Below, one piece after another: positions 1-13,250 of a stretch of 64,000 nt of DNA. The translations under genes and the position numbers were made by a program. Numbering within the stretch: the first letter of the stretch is position 1; every line of letters begins with the position of its first letter. The notes under the pieces are model-generated. The model ran no database searches and had not been told where the DNA came from. It saw nothing but the letters and a program-made list of their open reading frames with translations. The DNA is from the human T2T-CHM13v2.0 reference genome, Homo sapiens, in assembly GCF_009914755.1 (NCBI RefSeq), contig NC_060927.1, one strand, 5' to 3'.

Positions 1-709
1 AGTGGGCTCAGCCTACTGAGCATGGGGGAATTCACGTTCAGTAGGTAGCCAGGGAAATAAGGGCAAATTAATACTAAGTACATCTCTTGGTCCCTGAGGT
101 TAACGTTACACAAAGCTAATATGTAATGTCAGTTTTGTGCTGTGAAGAATTCACCATGGCTTATAAAATGGCCTACATTTTTTGAGTAAGGCAAATGCCA
201 AATTTTATCTAAAGTAATTCTTTAGAAAAATCATTTCAGCAAATTAGGAAAAGGATGAAGTAAGCAACCATAAAAGATAAACACTTTAAAATGTGATGAG
301 TGGCACTTTATAGGAGCACAGAAAAATTCCGATAACATAGCATGACAAAATTAACCACAGAATAGAATATCGGGAGTTTCCAGATATCACTTTTATTTGG
401 GCTTCTGATTAAGTATATGTACTAAGATTTTTAAGAAATTAAATTAAAAGTGGCTTTTGATCATGGTTCCTTCTGATTTTAAGAAGATAAAAAGCAGCAG
501 TTCTCCAATATGAATTTTGACATAAATTTTCTTCATCTAGTTACCCTAATTTTAGTTTTTCTGGATGCATTATTAAATGTGTTTTGAAGGGCAATGTAAA
601 GAAAACACAAAAGGACCGAATGAGCTATGATCTCACTCTGGGGGAGGGAAGGATTGGAAGGGAATATAAATCCCAGAGGTTCTTTCCCAGGAGTCATCAT
701 GGAAATATT

Positions 710-711
<2 letters not shown>

Positions 712-757
<46 letters not shown>

Positions 758-760
758 GGA
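712..760. repeat. Compound (CA)n(GA)n microsatellite
   Basis: CA run 712-740 directly followed by a GA run. Confidence 0.97.
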
Positions 761-1199
761 GGTTGGTTTCACTGCACTTTCAACAAGTCCGTCATTCTCT
801 GTTTCCTTGAGTATGTGTTCATTATCTCACTTTTCTTTATAAGAGAACTAAAAGGAACAAAGTTAATGTAATTTCCAAATAAGATCTGCAAATGGTTAAC
901 AAAACAAAAATTTTAAAAATACATATTAAAACTGCTCTGTTTATGAAAAGAATCTTTTCTTAACAGGAAAGAAAACTATAATACATAGTTTAGCAGAAGG
1001 AAAATTCCATAGGAACAAAATTATTAGCGTTTTTTAACCTTGGAATGACAGTTTGTCATTATCTTTCAAAGTATGAAAACGAAGTTTTCTATTTCCCAGT
1101 AAAATTTTTTTTTGTGGCACAAAAATATTATTCGTCATTATAGCAAAGATTTATTGTCTTGTCTCTAGCCTTTGTTACTCCATCTTCTCATAACAGCAC

Positions 1200-1560
1200 C
1201 TTCATTTTCCTTAAGATATAATCTTTCACAGTTTATGTGGTATGGCTGGGGTGGACTCTCCTTCCCCCTTGTCTGTGTGACCCGAGCTTGACCAATCAAC
1301 ACATCCAGTTCACTGGTCACAGTGATTGGTTCAGGGATTATCATGTGACCCAATTTAGGCCAATGAGAATTCTTCTGAAACTTAGTTGTACATGTGGGTA
1401 ATAAGTTTTTCACTGCCATTTTTAGCTGTAGGATGATGAAGGAGGCCTGCAGGTACTGGGAACCACCACGCAGGCAGAACCAGGCTGAAAATAGAGGTAG
1501 CAAAGAAGGAAGTGCTGTTAAGGGGAACAAAAAGACTGAGTGCCAAGGGCCATATTTAAT
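1200..1560. mobile_element. Old ERVL LTR fragment, LTR16-like
   Basis: gtgattggttcagggattatcatgtgacccaatttaggccaatgaga resembles the LTR16 core; ends approximate. Confidence 0.55.
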
Positions 1561-1606
1561 TTCTTTCACAGAACAGTTTTTTTTTTTTTTTTAAGGATTA
1601 GGTTGA

Positions 1607-1902
<296 letters not shown>

Positions 1903-2109
1903 TAGGTTGACTTTTTTACAAAATAATTAGCAGTTGGCAAATATGGGCTACATGTAATGTCAATATTGATTGTAAAGCAATAAGTAGTCAATTCATACTG
2001 AAGTTTTAAACTTTTTTGCCTTAACCTATGTGGATTTTTACAATTTAACTAAAACATTTTAATACTTATTATGGACTAGTCACCATTTTAAACACTTTAG
2101 CAAAAGCAG

Positions 2110-2215
2110 CCCACTTAATCCTCAAAATAATCCCTTGGTATAGAAATTACTGACATCTTTATTTTACCATGGAGAAAGATGAGGCTCAGAGAGGTTATGT
2201 AACTTGCCCAAGATC
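2110..2215 (-). mobile_element. MIR fragment
   Basis: gaggctcagagaggttatgtaacttgcccaag is the reverse complement of the MIR core. Confidence 0.75.
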
Positions 2216-2221
2216 TGGTCA

Positions 2222-2530
2222 AGAACTGGTTAATTAATAAGAACAGAAATGTATTTCTCACAGTTTTAGAAGCAGGGAAGTCCAAGATCAAGGTGCTGGC
2301 ATTTGATGAGAGCCTTCTTGCTGTGTCCTCACATGATGAAAGGCAGAAGGCTAATAGAAGGATGAACTCCCCAAGTCAGAGCGTTTTATAAGGGCACCTA
2401 ATCCCATTCACAAGGAAGGAGCCCTCATGGCCTAATCTTAAAGCACCTGTTTAAGGTTTAGGCTCCACCTTCTAATATTGTCACATTGGCAACACCTGAA
2501 TTTTGGAGGAAACACATTTAAACCATAGCA
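2222..2530 (-). mobile_element. MaLR LTR (MSTC/MSTD or MLT1A-like), partial
   Basis: atttctcacagtt...gaagtccaagatcaaggtgctggca...ttttataagggcac...aaaccatagca. Confidence 0.75.
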
Positions 2531-3127
2531 TCTACCTCTGGAGGTTATTCTGAGGATTTCAAATGGCAGTACCTAAATGGCATGTAGCAAAGTATACTAA
2601 TTTAACTATTATTATGGATAAATCTTATCCTTTTTGTTATATCTTATGCATTTTTTTGATTTCTATTCCCTTTCTCAATACGTGTGACTATTCTGCTGTC
2701 ATTAAACCAGTGCTTTTATTATTTTCTCAAAAGTCCATTCTTTTAATTAAGTTCAGCTTTTTAATCATCTCTTATCCTAATTTGTTCTCCCAGTTGTTAC
2801 AGGCTTTTCTTTTGGAATAACAAATAAAAGGATGGGATACAGAAAAAAATGAAGTCCTTGACCCACCTTTTTCTCTCTGTCTTTAGAGAACTAACCTTTA
2901 GGTACCCAGTCATTTCCTGTTCCCATAGAAGTTGAGAGATATTGGTGTCATGTTTGTTCAGCACTTTAAACCATCTTCTTTGGAGAGGGACTGAACTACT
3001 AACTATCTGTTAGTGAGTTGCCTCTGATCTCATAATTACAAATAGGAAGCCAGTGTAAATGTTAGCTCAGTTTTCAAGGGCAAAGGCCAAGAATCAATCA
3101 CATTAAATATAATTTAAAAATTCTGCT

Positions 3128-4410
3128 AAAAACAAGCAATGAGGAAAGGATTTTCTATTTAACAAATGGTTCTGGGAGAACTGGCTAGCCATATGCAGAA
3201 AATTGAAACTGGACCCCTTCCTTACACCTTATACAAAAATTAACTCAAGATGGATTAAAGACTTACATATAAAACCCAAAACTATAAAAACCCTAGAAGA
3301 AAATCTAGGCAATACCATTAAGGACATAGGCATGGGCAAAGATATCATGATGACATTGCCAAAAGCAATTGCAATCAAAGCAAAAATTGACAAATGGGTT
3401 CTAATTAAACTAAAGAGCTTCTCTGCACAGCAAAAGAAACTATCATCAGAGAGAACAGGCAACCTACAGAGTGGGAGAAGATTTTTGCAATCTATCCATC
3501 TGACAAAGGTCTAATATCCAGAATCTACAAGGAACTTAAACAAATTTACAAGAAAAAAAAAACCAACCCCATTAAAAACCGGGCAAAGGACATGAACAGG
3601 CACTTCTCAAAAGAAGACATTCATGCTCCCAACAAACATATGAAGAAAAGTTCAACATCACTATCATTAGAGAAATGCAAATTAAAACCACAATGAGATA
3701 CCATCTCACACCATTCAGAATGGTGATTATTAAAAAGTCAAGAAACCACAGATGCTGGTGAGGCTGTGGAGAAATAGGAACAATTTTACAGGGTTGATGG
3801 GAGTGTAAATTAGTTCAACCATTGTGGAAGATGGTGTGGTGATTCCTCAAAGATCTAGAACTTGAAATACCATTTGACCCAGCAATCCCATTACTGGGTA
3901 TATACCTAAGGGAATAGAAATCATTCTATTACAAAGATACATGGACACATATGTTCACTGCAGGACTATTCACAATAGCAAAGATATGGAATCAACCCAA
4001 ATGCCCATCAATGATAGACTGGATAAAGAAAATGTGGTACATACACGCCACAGAATACTATGCAGCCATAAAAGGGAATGAGATCATGTTCTTTGCAGGG
4101 ACATGGATGGAGCTGGAATCCATTATCTTTAGCAAACTAATGCAGGAGCAGAAAACCAAACACCATTTAATCTCACTTATAAGTGGTAACTGAACAATGA
4201 GAACACATGGACACAGGGAAGGGAATAGCACACACTGGGGCCTGTTGGGAGGGTGGAATCAGGGGAAGGGGTGCATTAGGAAAAATAGCTAATGCATCTT
4301 GGGCTTAATACCTAAGTGATGGGTTGATAGGTGCAGCAAACCACCATGGCACACGTTTACCTATGTAGCAAACTTGCACATCCTGCACGTGTACTCCAGA
4401 ACTTAAAAAA
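3128..4410 (+). mobile_element. 5'-truncated L1PA (about PA8-PA13): ORF2 3' end plus 3'UTR
   Basis: ORF2 peptides [20 protein letters not shown] and WNQPKCPSMIDWIKKMW; polyA; TSD aaaaattctgct at 3116-3127 and 4411-4422. Confidence 0.95.
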
Positions 4411-4731
4411 AAAAATTCTGCTGCTCTGAATGACTAATACGAAGTATTTAACAATATATAATAATACAATACTGTTGGAAAATCTGTGCAGAGGCAAAGC
4501 ATTATAGATTGTGGTTGTTTAGTTCCTGTGCATTGTGGGTCACAAGCAGCCAAACTAAGTGCTTTGGAATATTTCCCTAAACTCAGTCCAGCGTTGGACA
4601 CTTTGCACTCACAGACAAAAAACAAAATGGGCTTTTTCCCCTCCCCACCTCTGAGAAAAAGATCTGATCTACTCCAGAAGGAAGGCTTATGGTAATTATA
4701 AGTAGTCAATTGAGTACTGAATTATACCCGT

Positions 4732-5099
4732 TGTTTTAGTCAGCCTGGGCTGCCATAACAAAATACCATAGACTAGTGGCTTAAACAAGAACAATTTCTC
4801 ACAGTTCTGGAGGCTGGATGTCCGAGATCAGGGTGCCCAAGTAGTTGGCTTCTGGTGAGGACCACTTCCTAGCATGCAGATAGTTGCTTTCTTTCTGTGT
4901 CCTCACATGGCAGAGATAGAGTGAGCTCTTGTCCCTCTCTCTTCTTATAAGGAAAATAATCTCATCATGTGGGCCTCACCTTCAAGACCTCATCTAAACC
5001 TAATTACCTTCCAAAGGCCTCACCTCCAAATATTATCACATTGAGGGGTAGGGGTTCAACATGAGTTTTGGTGGGGGACACAGATATTCAGTTCATAGG
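4732..5099 (-). mobile_element. MLT1A-type solo LTR
   Basis: tgttttagtcagcctgggctgccataacaaaataccatagact...tattcagttcatag. Confidence 0.85.
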
Positions 5100-5205
5100 A
5101 CTCACTTTTCTCCTCTTATGATTTTCTTAGAGCAGGAGTGAATATTTATTTAAAAGCTTTAGAGCAGGAATGAAAGGAAGTAAAATACACTTGGAAGAGG
5201 ACTAA

Positions 5206-5670
<465 letters not shown>

Positions 5671-7285
5671 TGAACTTAAAAGTTTACTTCCTCTGAACTT
5701 TAAATCAAAGTCATTATTAAAATTTCTCAGTTCTAACATTTAATGACCTAACTAGATCTTGGAGTTGGACTGAAGAAAATTGACCTAATATCTTTTTTGT
5801 CCTTGAATATTAAATTTAGTATCTTATATTTTCTCATGTAGTGAAGAAATATTAAAAGAAAATACTTTCACTTAAGTGTTTCATCTCATTGCTAACAAGA
5901 AATATTATGAAATGAACATCACTCTTTCCTCTGAGGAATTCTCTAGCCATTACTGGAGGCAGGATGTGGTGTTAGATGGACAAACATGACCTCATGATCC
6001 CTCTGCTAATGTGAATCTTTGTGAAAAATTAAGCGTATTTTTTAAACAATCGGTTTAAGGTTTAAGTGCATTGAGGTAGATAAAATGGGATCACCACCCT
6101 GCCTCAACTTGGCACCAAGTTGTCTTTGAAACCATGAGTCATCCTTCCTCTTACAAAGTGAAAATGCTCTTCAACAACTCATTGCTTAGTGGCTCAGAAA
6201 TAATTTTGAAAAACTGATGACAATGCCATCAATTATTTTGTGAAGACAACAAACTCCTCTGATTTTTCCAAATTTGAGGGGTCTTTTCTAAGTCTTTGTG
6301 GGTTTTTTTAGACCATGATCTGGCATAGGTTTTTTTTTTTTTGGTTGGGGTGTTGTCTTGGTTGTGAGGTTTTAATTGTCATGTACAAGACTCTTGGGTC
6401 TCCAGATGCCTTAAAATGGAATCATTAGTGAATTAAAATAATGTAGCTCTCCAGAGTATGATTTGCTTCAGCTTGTTAGGTTGTTCAACTCTTTGAGAAA
6501 TAAGATGAAGCAGGAGCTTAAGATGAAAACTTTCAATCTGCAGTAATGTGTTTACAGACCTATTGTTTCAATAGAAAGAAAACAGAGGTCAGAGAGAGTT
6601 GCTTAACTTAAACAAAAACTAAATACACACACACATAGACACACAAACACACACAAATATACACATCCTATTTTGTTAAGGACAATGAGGAGTTTCAAAA
6701 TGACTTAATTATTCTCTGTGGGTCAATAAGTTTATTTATTTTACCTATCTCATCTCTCTTTTTTTTGGCAATTGACAGATTACTTCATGGAACCGTGATA
6801 TAATTTGGATAGTAACAGATTTTATAGATTAATGAAGTAAGTCTGTGGTAAGATGTGAATTACTTTTTATAAAAACAAGTGATCCGTGTACCACCAGAAA
6901 AATAGACTAGCAGAAGTCATCTAGTAGTATGTATTATACTCGCCAATGTGATAGCCTAAACAAACACAACCTACCCAGAGTGAAGCAGTATTACAGCAAG
7001 TCAGTATGTCAGGGCTGTGGTGAAGCTGGGGAGAAATGATATGTGGAGATTCAAAAAGCAAGGTAAATTCTACCATTGTCAAAAATTTATCAGTAGGAGC
7101 TCAGGGAAAGGAATCATATCCTGTGAAGTACATTTCCAGGTGTAAGACATGGTCCTACATCCCAGACGGGCTAGACTACTAAGAAGGTAACCAAAGCAAG
7201 AACTTAAACAGAGAGTAGAACAGGGGTTGAGTTACCAAACAGGTGTCAACTGGGTTTTACCAACAGGGCAGAAGCTCCATTCCAC

Positions 7286-7420
7286 CAGTCAGTCAGTCAG
7301 TCAGTCAGTCAGTCAATCAGCAAACATTTTTGTCTATGTGTAAGCCACCAATATATTAGATTCTAGGGCATAAAATAAAATAAGATATAGTTGCTGTCCT
7401 TTAATTGCTCACAGTTAGAG
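7286..7420 (-). mobile_element. L2 3' end with (CAGT)n tail
   Basis: (cagt)7 then caacatt/caaacatttt...gtcctttaattgctcacagttag, resembling the antisense L2 terminus. Confidence 0.55.
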
Positions 7421-8204
7421 ACTGGGATACAAGTTCAAGACCTGTCTAGGAGCGAGAGTCACAGGATGATGAATGCTAGAATAGAGAATCAACGTGATTT
7501 ACATCTTTTCTGCCAAATGTCAGAATTGGTCTTAGAGATGGGGTATAAGAGGTGGAGTCTGCAAATGGGGATCCAGTAATTCTATTTATGGGTAAAGGAA
7601 GGTTGTAGAGGTCAGGAAGAGTAAGGGCCTGCCTCTTCTGGAACAGCATATGCAAGAACATAGAGATGGCATTTTCAAGTCTTGGCAGATATTTCCTTGC
7701 TCTGAATCCTATCATAGCTTGAAGAGAGCAGGGGAAGGGTTATGAACAGTTGTAGTTCTCTTTTGCTCTCAGCAAACAGGGACTTCACACATTTTAGTTA
7801 ATCTGAAGATCAAAGAATGTCATGGGAGAAAATATGTTAAAAGCAAAACAATCCTTTTGAAATTGTGGGAAACCATCCGAGGAAAGACAAACATGTTTTT
7901 CCTCTATTAGGTCATTTCTCTAGAAAGGAAAATCTTGATGATTTACTTACCTTCTAAGTGATTTTTAAATAATTAGTACCCATATGTGATTTCTGTCTCT
8001 ATTTCATTATGATACTTTCTTGACACCTATTGTTCACATGAATTCTAAGGATGCTGCCAAAACAAATTTGTCACCTTACATGCTATGGGATAAAGTTATA
8101 AAACAATGTAACCAATATTAGCAGATTTCCTTATTCCAGTCTTCCAAATTTTGAGTTTGGTTCATTGTTAAGGGGTCTATTAGGAAGCATGCAGTCAACT
8201 CTGA

Positions 8205-8350
8205 CCTAGGAATCAGGAAATTGGGTTTCAATCCTGTCTTTCCCTTTCTTGCTGTGTGACATTGGCCAGATCTCTTAATGGGAATTGGTTTCCTCAACTC
8301 CAAAATGCTTAGTTCATGCAGATGTTATAAATCTTAAATGAAATGATGAG
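8205..8350 (+). mobile_element. MIR fragment
   Basis: gggtttcaatcctg...gctgtgtgacattggccaga...gtttcctcaact. Confidence 0.6.
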
Positions 8351-9084
8351 GACATTAATACCAATATTTCAGGTTGGAATCTACAACCTCTCCAAATGCC
8401 ATCCCACCTTTCCCTCAGCCTCATTCCCACATGATTCCTCTACATATCCTCCCTCTCAGCAAAACAAGATCACATTTGATTGACCCTGGGCACTCTTGTT
8501 TAGAACGTTTCCCTTCTATTTTCATTCAGGAACACTTTTTTTATTTCCCACTACCTAGAAAATAATGAATGAGGATACAAAGTGACTTTTCTCACTTGTT
8601 TTCTTGATGAGTCTGGTCCAAGTAGAGGAGCTGGTTACCTTTTTTCTAAAGCATTTGACTTTGGCTTTAGCCAAAATTTAACAGTATGTTTCTCTCTCTT
8701 TTTTCCTTAGTTTGGGTAGATCAGAAAGAGTGGTTTTAATAGGGTACTTTACAGTTAGCAACTTACTTGAAGAGCTTCTATGTTAAAATTAGTGCTTCTG
8801 TCAGAAATAGATAAAACATTTAAAATGTCTAGAAAGATTTCAGTTTATTTCAAATTATTGAGGGACTAATGGGCTATTCTCCATCAAAGTTCCTCAGGGA
8901 CATACTGCTCTAATTATATGTATTGATTATTCTATTTTTCTGTATGCTTCTTAAGTAGTAATGATTTTTTCCAGAATATGCCTCTCTTATGTTTAATTGT
9001 TAATAAATATGTTACTAACAAAGTAAAATTATTTATTGAGAATCACAGTTATGTACCAGATATTTAAAATAATATTAGTATGAC

Positions 9085-9205
9085 TAGCCCCATTATAGAA
9101 TATTAATCAAAGTTCAGAAAGGCTAAGTAAATTATCCAAGTTCAACCATAAATATTATTTTCCTGTTGGGGTTCAAGCGCAAGTCTACCTGACTCTAAAA
9201 TGCAA
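9085..9205 (-). mobile_element. MIR fragment
   Basis: gttcagaaaggctaagtaaattatccaag...ttcaagcgcaagtctacctgactc. Confidence 0.55.
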
Positions 9206-9919
9206 ACTTTTTCTATAATACCTTGAGGCAAACTTCAAATTATAACCTCAAAATGCTTGACTTACCTGTTTTAAATGAGGAGATATTTTTGTCTCCTGGG
9301 CTTGACACATACTTGGTGCTCAATAAATATAGAATAAGTGAAGAAATGAGTCATACTTATACCCAGAAAGAGCTGTGTGTATATTTTAGAAAGACACTAG
9401 AAGCTCTTGGGAGCATGTGGACAGTTGTGGCTGCTCCTGAGCTGACACTAACTGCTCATGACTCCTCTGTGGGAGAAGTAGGTGGTTTCCTAGAGGAAGA
9501 AGTTTGGGTAATGAAGCCACAGAGATTTGCTGATACATTTGCTAGGCACGACTTCTGGTCATTTAGAAAGCTATTTTGTGGCTTCATCAATAAGGTATTC
9601 CCCAGCTGTGTTACTCCTTCGCATTGTTATCTCTTTCCCTGGAATTGAAGGCTTCCTGGTCTGAGGCAAGGACAATTATTCCCTCACTGTCAACCCTGAT
9701 CTCTGGCTGCAGTAATGAGTAGAGGAAGTAAGTAATACTGGGGAATCAATTTTTTTTGTATGGCATGGGATATAACTAATCCTTTGATTCTGAAATGTCA
9801 TTGGTGTGTAAGATTATCTGAGCATTCTCAGTAATAATGGGTACTACTGTTTGCAGAAATTAACAGATGGAAGCTGAAGTTCTCATTGCCTGGGAGTTAT
9901 ATTTTCTTTCATGAATAGT

Positions 9920-10180
9920 TTATTATTTTCTGATTATAAAATAATATATAGGTGTTAAAGAATATAATAAAGAGGAAAATTGAAAGAAGAGAAAAATATC
10001 ATTTACAATTTCACCACATTAAATAAGACCACTATTGCTAACATTTTGGTAGATTTTTCTACTACCGCTGGCATTTTTTGGTAGTTGATATTATATTATA
10101 CATATAAGTTTTACTTCTTTTTTTTGTCTGTTCACTTAGTATTCTGTGAATACTTTTCTAAGTGATTAAAAATGTAAAAA
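9920..10180 (-). mobile_element. Ancient L1ME-type 3' fragment
   Basis: caatttcaccac...accactattgctaacattttggtagat, typical of an antisense L1ME 3'UTR. Confidence 0.5.
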
Positions 10181-12020
10181 CTCTTCTAAATAATTTTTTA
10201 CTTGATGTTATAGTTACCCTCAATATTACTGTAAAGGCTCTTAAATATAAATGCATAATGATTATATACAATGTTCTTTTCTATAAATTAGCCATATCTG
10301 TCCAAGTCACATACCTTGTTGTTCATAGAACTAAGACTAGAAACAATTTGCTCTTATTAAACTAAAGGAATAAACAAAGTAAATTTTCTTGGTTTAGTGT
10401 TTTCACATTCTTGCTGAAGGCTAATATTAAAAATAAAATTGGGATTTTGATTAAAATTAAAATTATGTACTCTTAAAGAAGTGCTTCACTTAGTATATTC
10501 AGTCATTTTTTCAAGGTTCCCACACGATCATTCTGTTTTTAATGAGCTGAATGCAAGGAAAGAACAATGCCAGTAGTATTCTCTACTGGGATTTATTTTG
10601 CCTGTTAAAGAATACATCACCTTTGTGTCTGTATCAGATGGAATAGAAGCAGATTTTTACTGACAAATGATATAATATTATGGCATCTGCTATAGGTTTG
10701 TAGAACTGGGTTATGTTGTGGTTTTAATTATAACAATTTGATCTATAGTTTGAGTATGAACACTGAGATCTCCCCTTCCAAACTTTTCTTGTCATTTTTT
10801 ACAGATGAAGAAATAAGAATGGAAGCATAATCATTTGTCCGAGGTCACAGAGGGAGATGATTACACAGCTGGAATGTAAGCCTCAGTACTTTACTGAATC
10901 CTTGGCTTTGTCCATGGGCCCAGCTACAGGCATAAAGCTTTTCTCTTCCCCAGCAGTGACTTCGAGTACCAGCTTTCAAATTTATTTGACATTGAATCTA
11001 AGCTTTGTGACCAGTATGTAGAAGGAGAAGAAGGGGAGGAATTACTTATCCTTTGGCATACATTAGCATGCAAATAAATCCTTTCTCTGCATTGTGGAAG
11101 GGTCTGAAATTATCACATATACAATGTATCTTTTATCAATGGCCTTGCATACAAATTTTACTTTGAAGAATCCAGATTTAGAGGTCTTCTCCAAACATTT
11201 GCATTGTTTCTTTTTCTTAGGATCAGAACTTCTACCTATTGTCATTTTAAGAAAAAAGATCATGAATTAATTAATTTATTCATTATTTACACCCTTATAT
11301 TCTTTCCCAAATGTTTTAATGTGGTTTACATTGTATACATGTACACAATAAATATTTATATTTAAATAAGTTATAATCACAGAATGAGAATATTATTACA
11401 ACCACTCATACTCATTCAAATAGCTTGATTATATCATTGAGCTTTTCTTTTAGTTCTGGGTTTTTTGCTGCCTAGTTTAAATCAGAATGGCATCTGATTT
11501 AATTAATGGAAACTGAGTTTATTTGATTGATGGAAACAAGATGATTTCAAGTGTGATGCACTTTTTCTGTACTAACGTTTGAGATACATTTATTACAACT
11601 GGCCACTTCATAATGGGCCATAAGCATTGTTTAAAGACAATGGCTACTATTGTTTGAAAGCTAAGGAAAGATCCAATGCTACCAGATGTATATTGGCTGA
11701 GAAATGATCAGCTGAAACTACAGGCTGAAATGCTGTATAAGGTAGGCAATAAAATTAGAGAATGTTTGCCGAACCCACTAAGCAGCAAAGAGGACCCAGC
11801 TTAGAAGTAATGTAAATTTTAAAGCTCTTTACCAGTGGCAAGCTAATTTGAAATATTAGAAGTTATTATTTGTTTTATGTTTCTCTCTCTAGCAGTATAG
11901 TTTTTAACCGGCTTGTAAGAGCTCTTTTGTTAGTAATGATATCAACCCTTCTTCTCTAAATTAGTTGTTTGCTTATTTACAATTTCTGAATTTTTCTCAA
12001 ACATGACAATGATTCTGATG

Positions 12021-12237
12021 CAGTGGTTCTCAATCAGGGGTAGTTTTGTACTCCAAGGGACATTTTGGCAATGTCTGGAGACATTTTTGGTTGTCAGAAC
12101 TAAGAGGACTGTGCTCTGGGCATTTAGTGGTTAGAGGACAAGAGTGCTGCTAAACATCCTATAACGGACAGGGTGTCACCCACAACAAAGAAGTATCCAA
12201 CTCCAAATGTCAATAATGCTGCAGCCGAAAAACCCTG
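12021..12237 (+). mobile_element. MER20 (hAT-Charlie MITE)
   Basis: cagtggttctcaa...ggacattttggcaatgtctggagac...gctaaacatcct...aaaccctg. Confidence 0.92.
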
Positions 12238-12759
12238 GTCTAAGGAATCATCATCCTGGTGTATTTTTTTTTTCCAGTAGTTCGGAAGAATGTGAAGAAT
12301 TCTCCCAGAATTTTTCAAGATATTCCAAGTACCTATTTATTTTATAATCCTTGAAGACTTACTAAGTACCCATAAACTGGTTGAGGAAAGCCAGTTTCAA
12401 AATAAATATGAAATCATATTTATTTTTCTCTGATTAATCAAGGTCATCATGTTTTTAGATGCCCTGCAAAGAAAACTGGTCAAAATGTAAGACTGGCCCT
12501 CACATTAAATCATCCAAACTAGTAACACTCCTCTAAAAGACTTCCCTCTTGGAACATTCTTGACTTTCACATAATCAGTAGGCAACCTCCTTAGTCAAGG
12601 AGTCCTCTCTAACTGGCAAACCTATCATTTGGAAGAATGATCTTTTCTTCCTCCTTGCTGACTTTAGTTTCAGACAGCTAATTACAAGTCCTTGTTCCTC
12701 CGTGACCTAGACCTGTGACTTAAGGCAAATTACAATACCTTTTTTTCATGCCTAATTTT

Positions 12760-13250
12760 ATTTAAAGATTTGAAAACTGTATTGCAATATAACTGAAATA
12801 AACTAAATTGCACAAAGTATAAAATTTAATATGTTTGGATATATGTATACACTTAAAAAACTTCACCACAATGAAGATAACAAACATATTCATTACCTGC
12901 AATGAAGATAAAGAACATATTCATCACCTGCAAAAGCTTCATTTGCCCCTTTGTAATACCTTCCACTTGTCCCTCCCTGCCTCTTCTCCTTGTTCTCAAG
13001 CAACCACTCATTTGCTTTCTGTCACTAAAGATTAGTTTGCATTTTAAAAGAATTTTATAAACTGGAAGAGTCACACAAAATGTCTTAGGGAATTTTTTTC
13101 ACTCAGTATAATTATTTCAAGATGTATTCCTGTTGTTGAGTGTATCAATAGTTCAGTTATTTTGATACTCAGTAGAATTCTGTTGTATGGATAAACCCCA
13201 ATTTATTTATCCATTCACCTAGTGGTAGACATTAGGATATAATACTTTTT
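12760..13250 (-). mobile_element. L1MB/MC-type 3' fragment
   Basis: gcaaccactcatttgctttctgtcact...ttttcactcagtataatt...tttatccattcacctagtgg. Confidence 0.7.

Noticed and set aside
11-21. gcctactgagc resembles part of the miR-24 5p arm
   Set aside because: Only 11 nt match; the miR-24-3p arm and the precursor context are absent
533-871. ORFs with VC/HT/ER repeats
   Set aside because: Translation of the (CA)n(GA)n microsatellite
1165-1569. 134-aa minus-strand ORF
   Set aside because: Overlaps an LTR16-like fragment; no recognisable domain or exon structure
9223-9648. 141-aa ORF as a gene
   Set aside because: Non-ATG start, begins in MIR/L2-like sequence, no family I recognise
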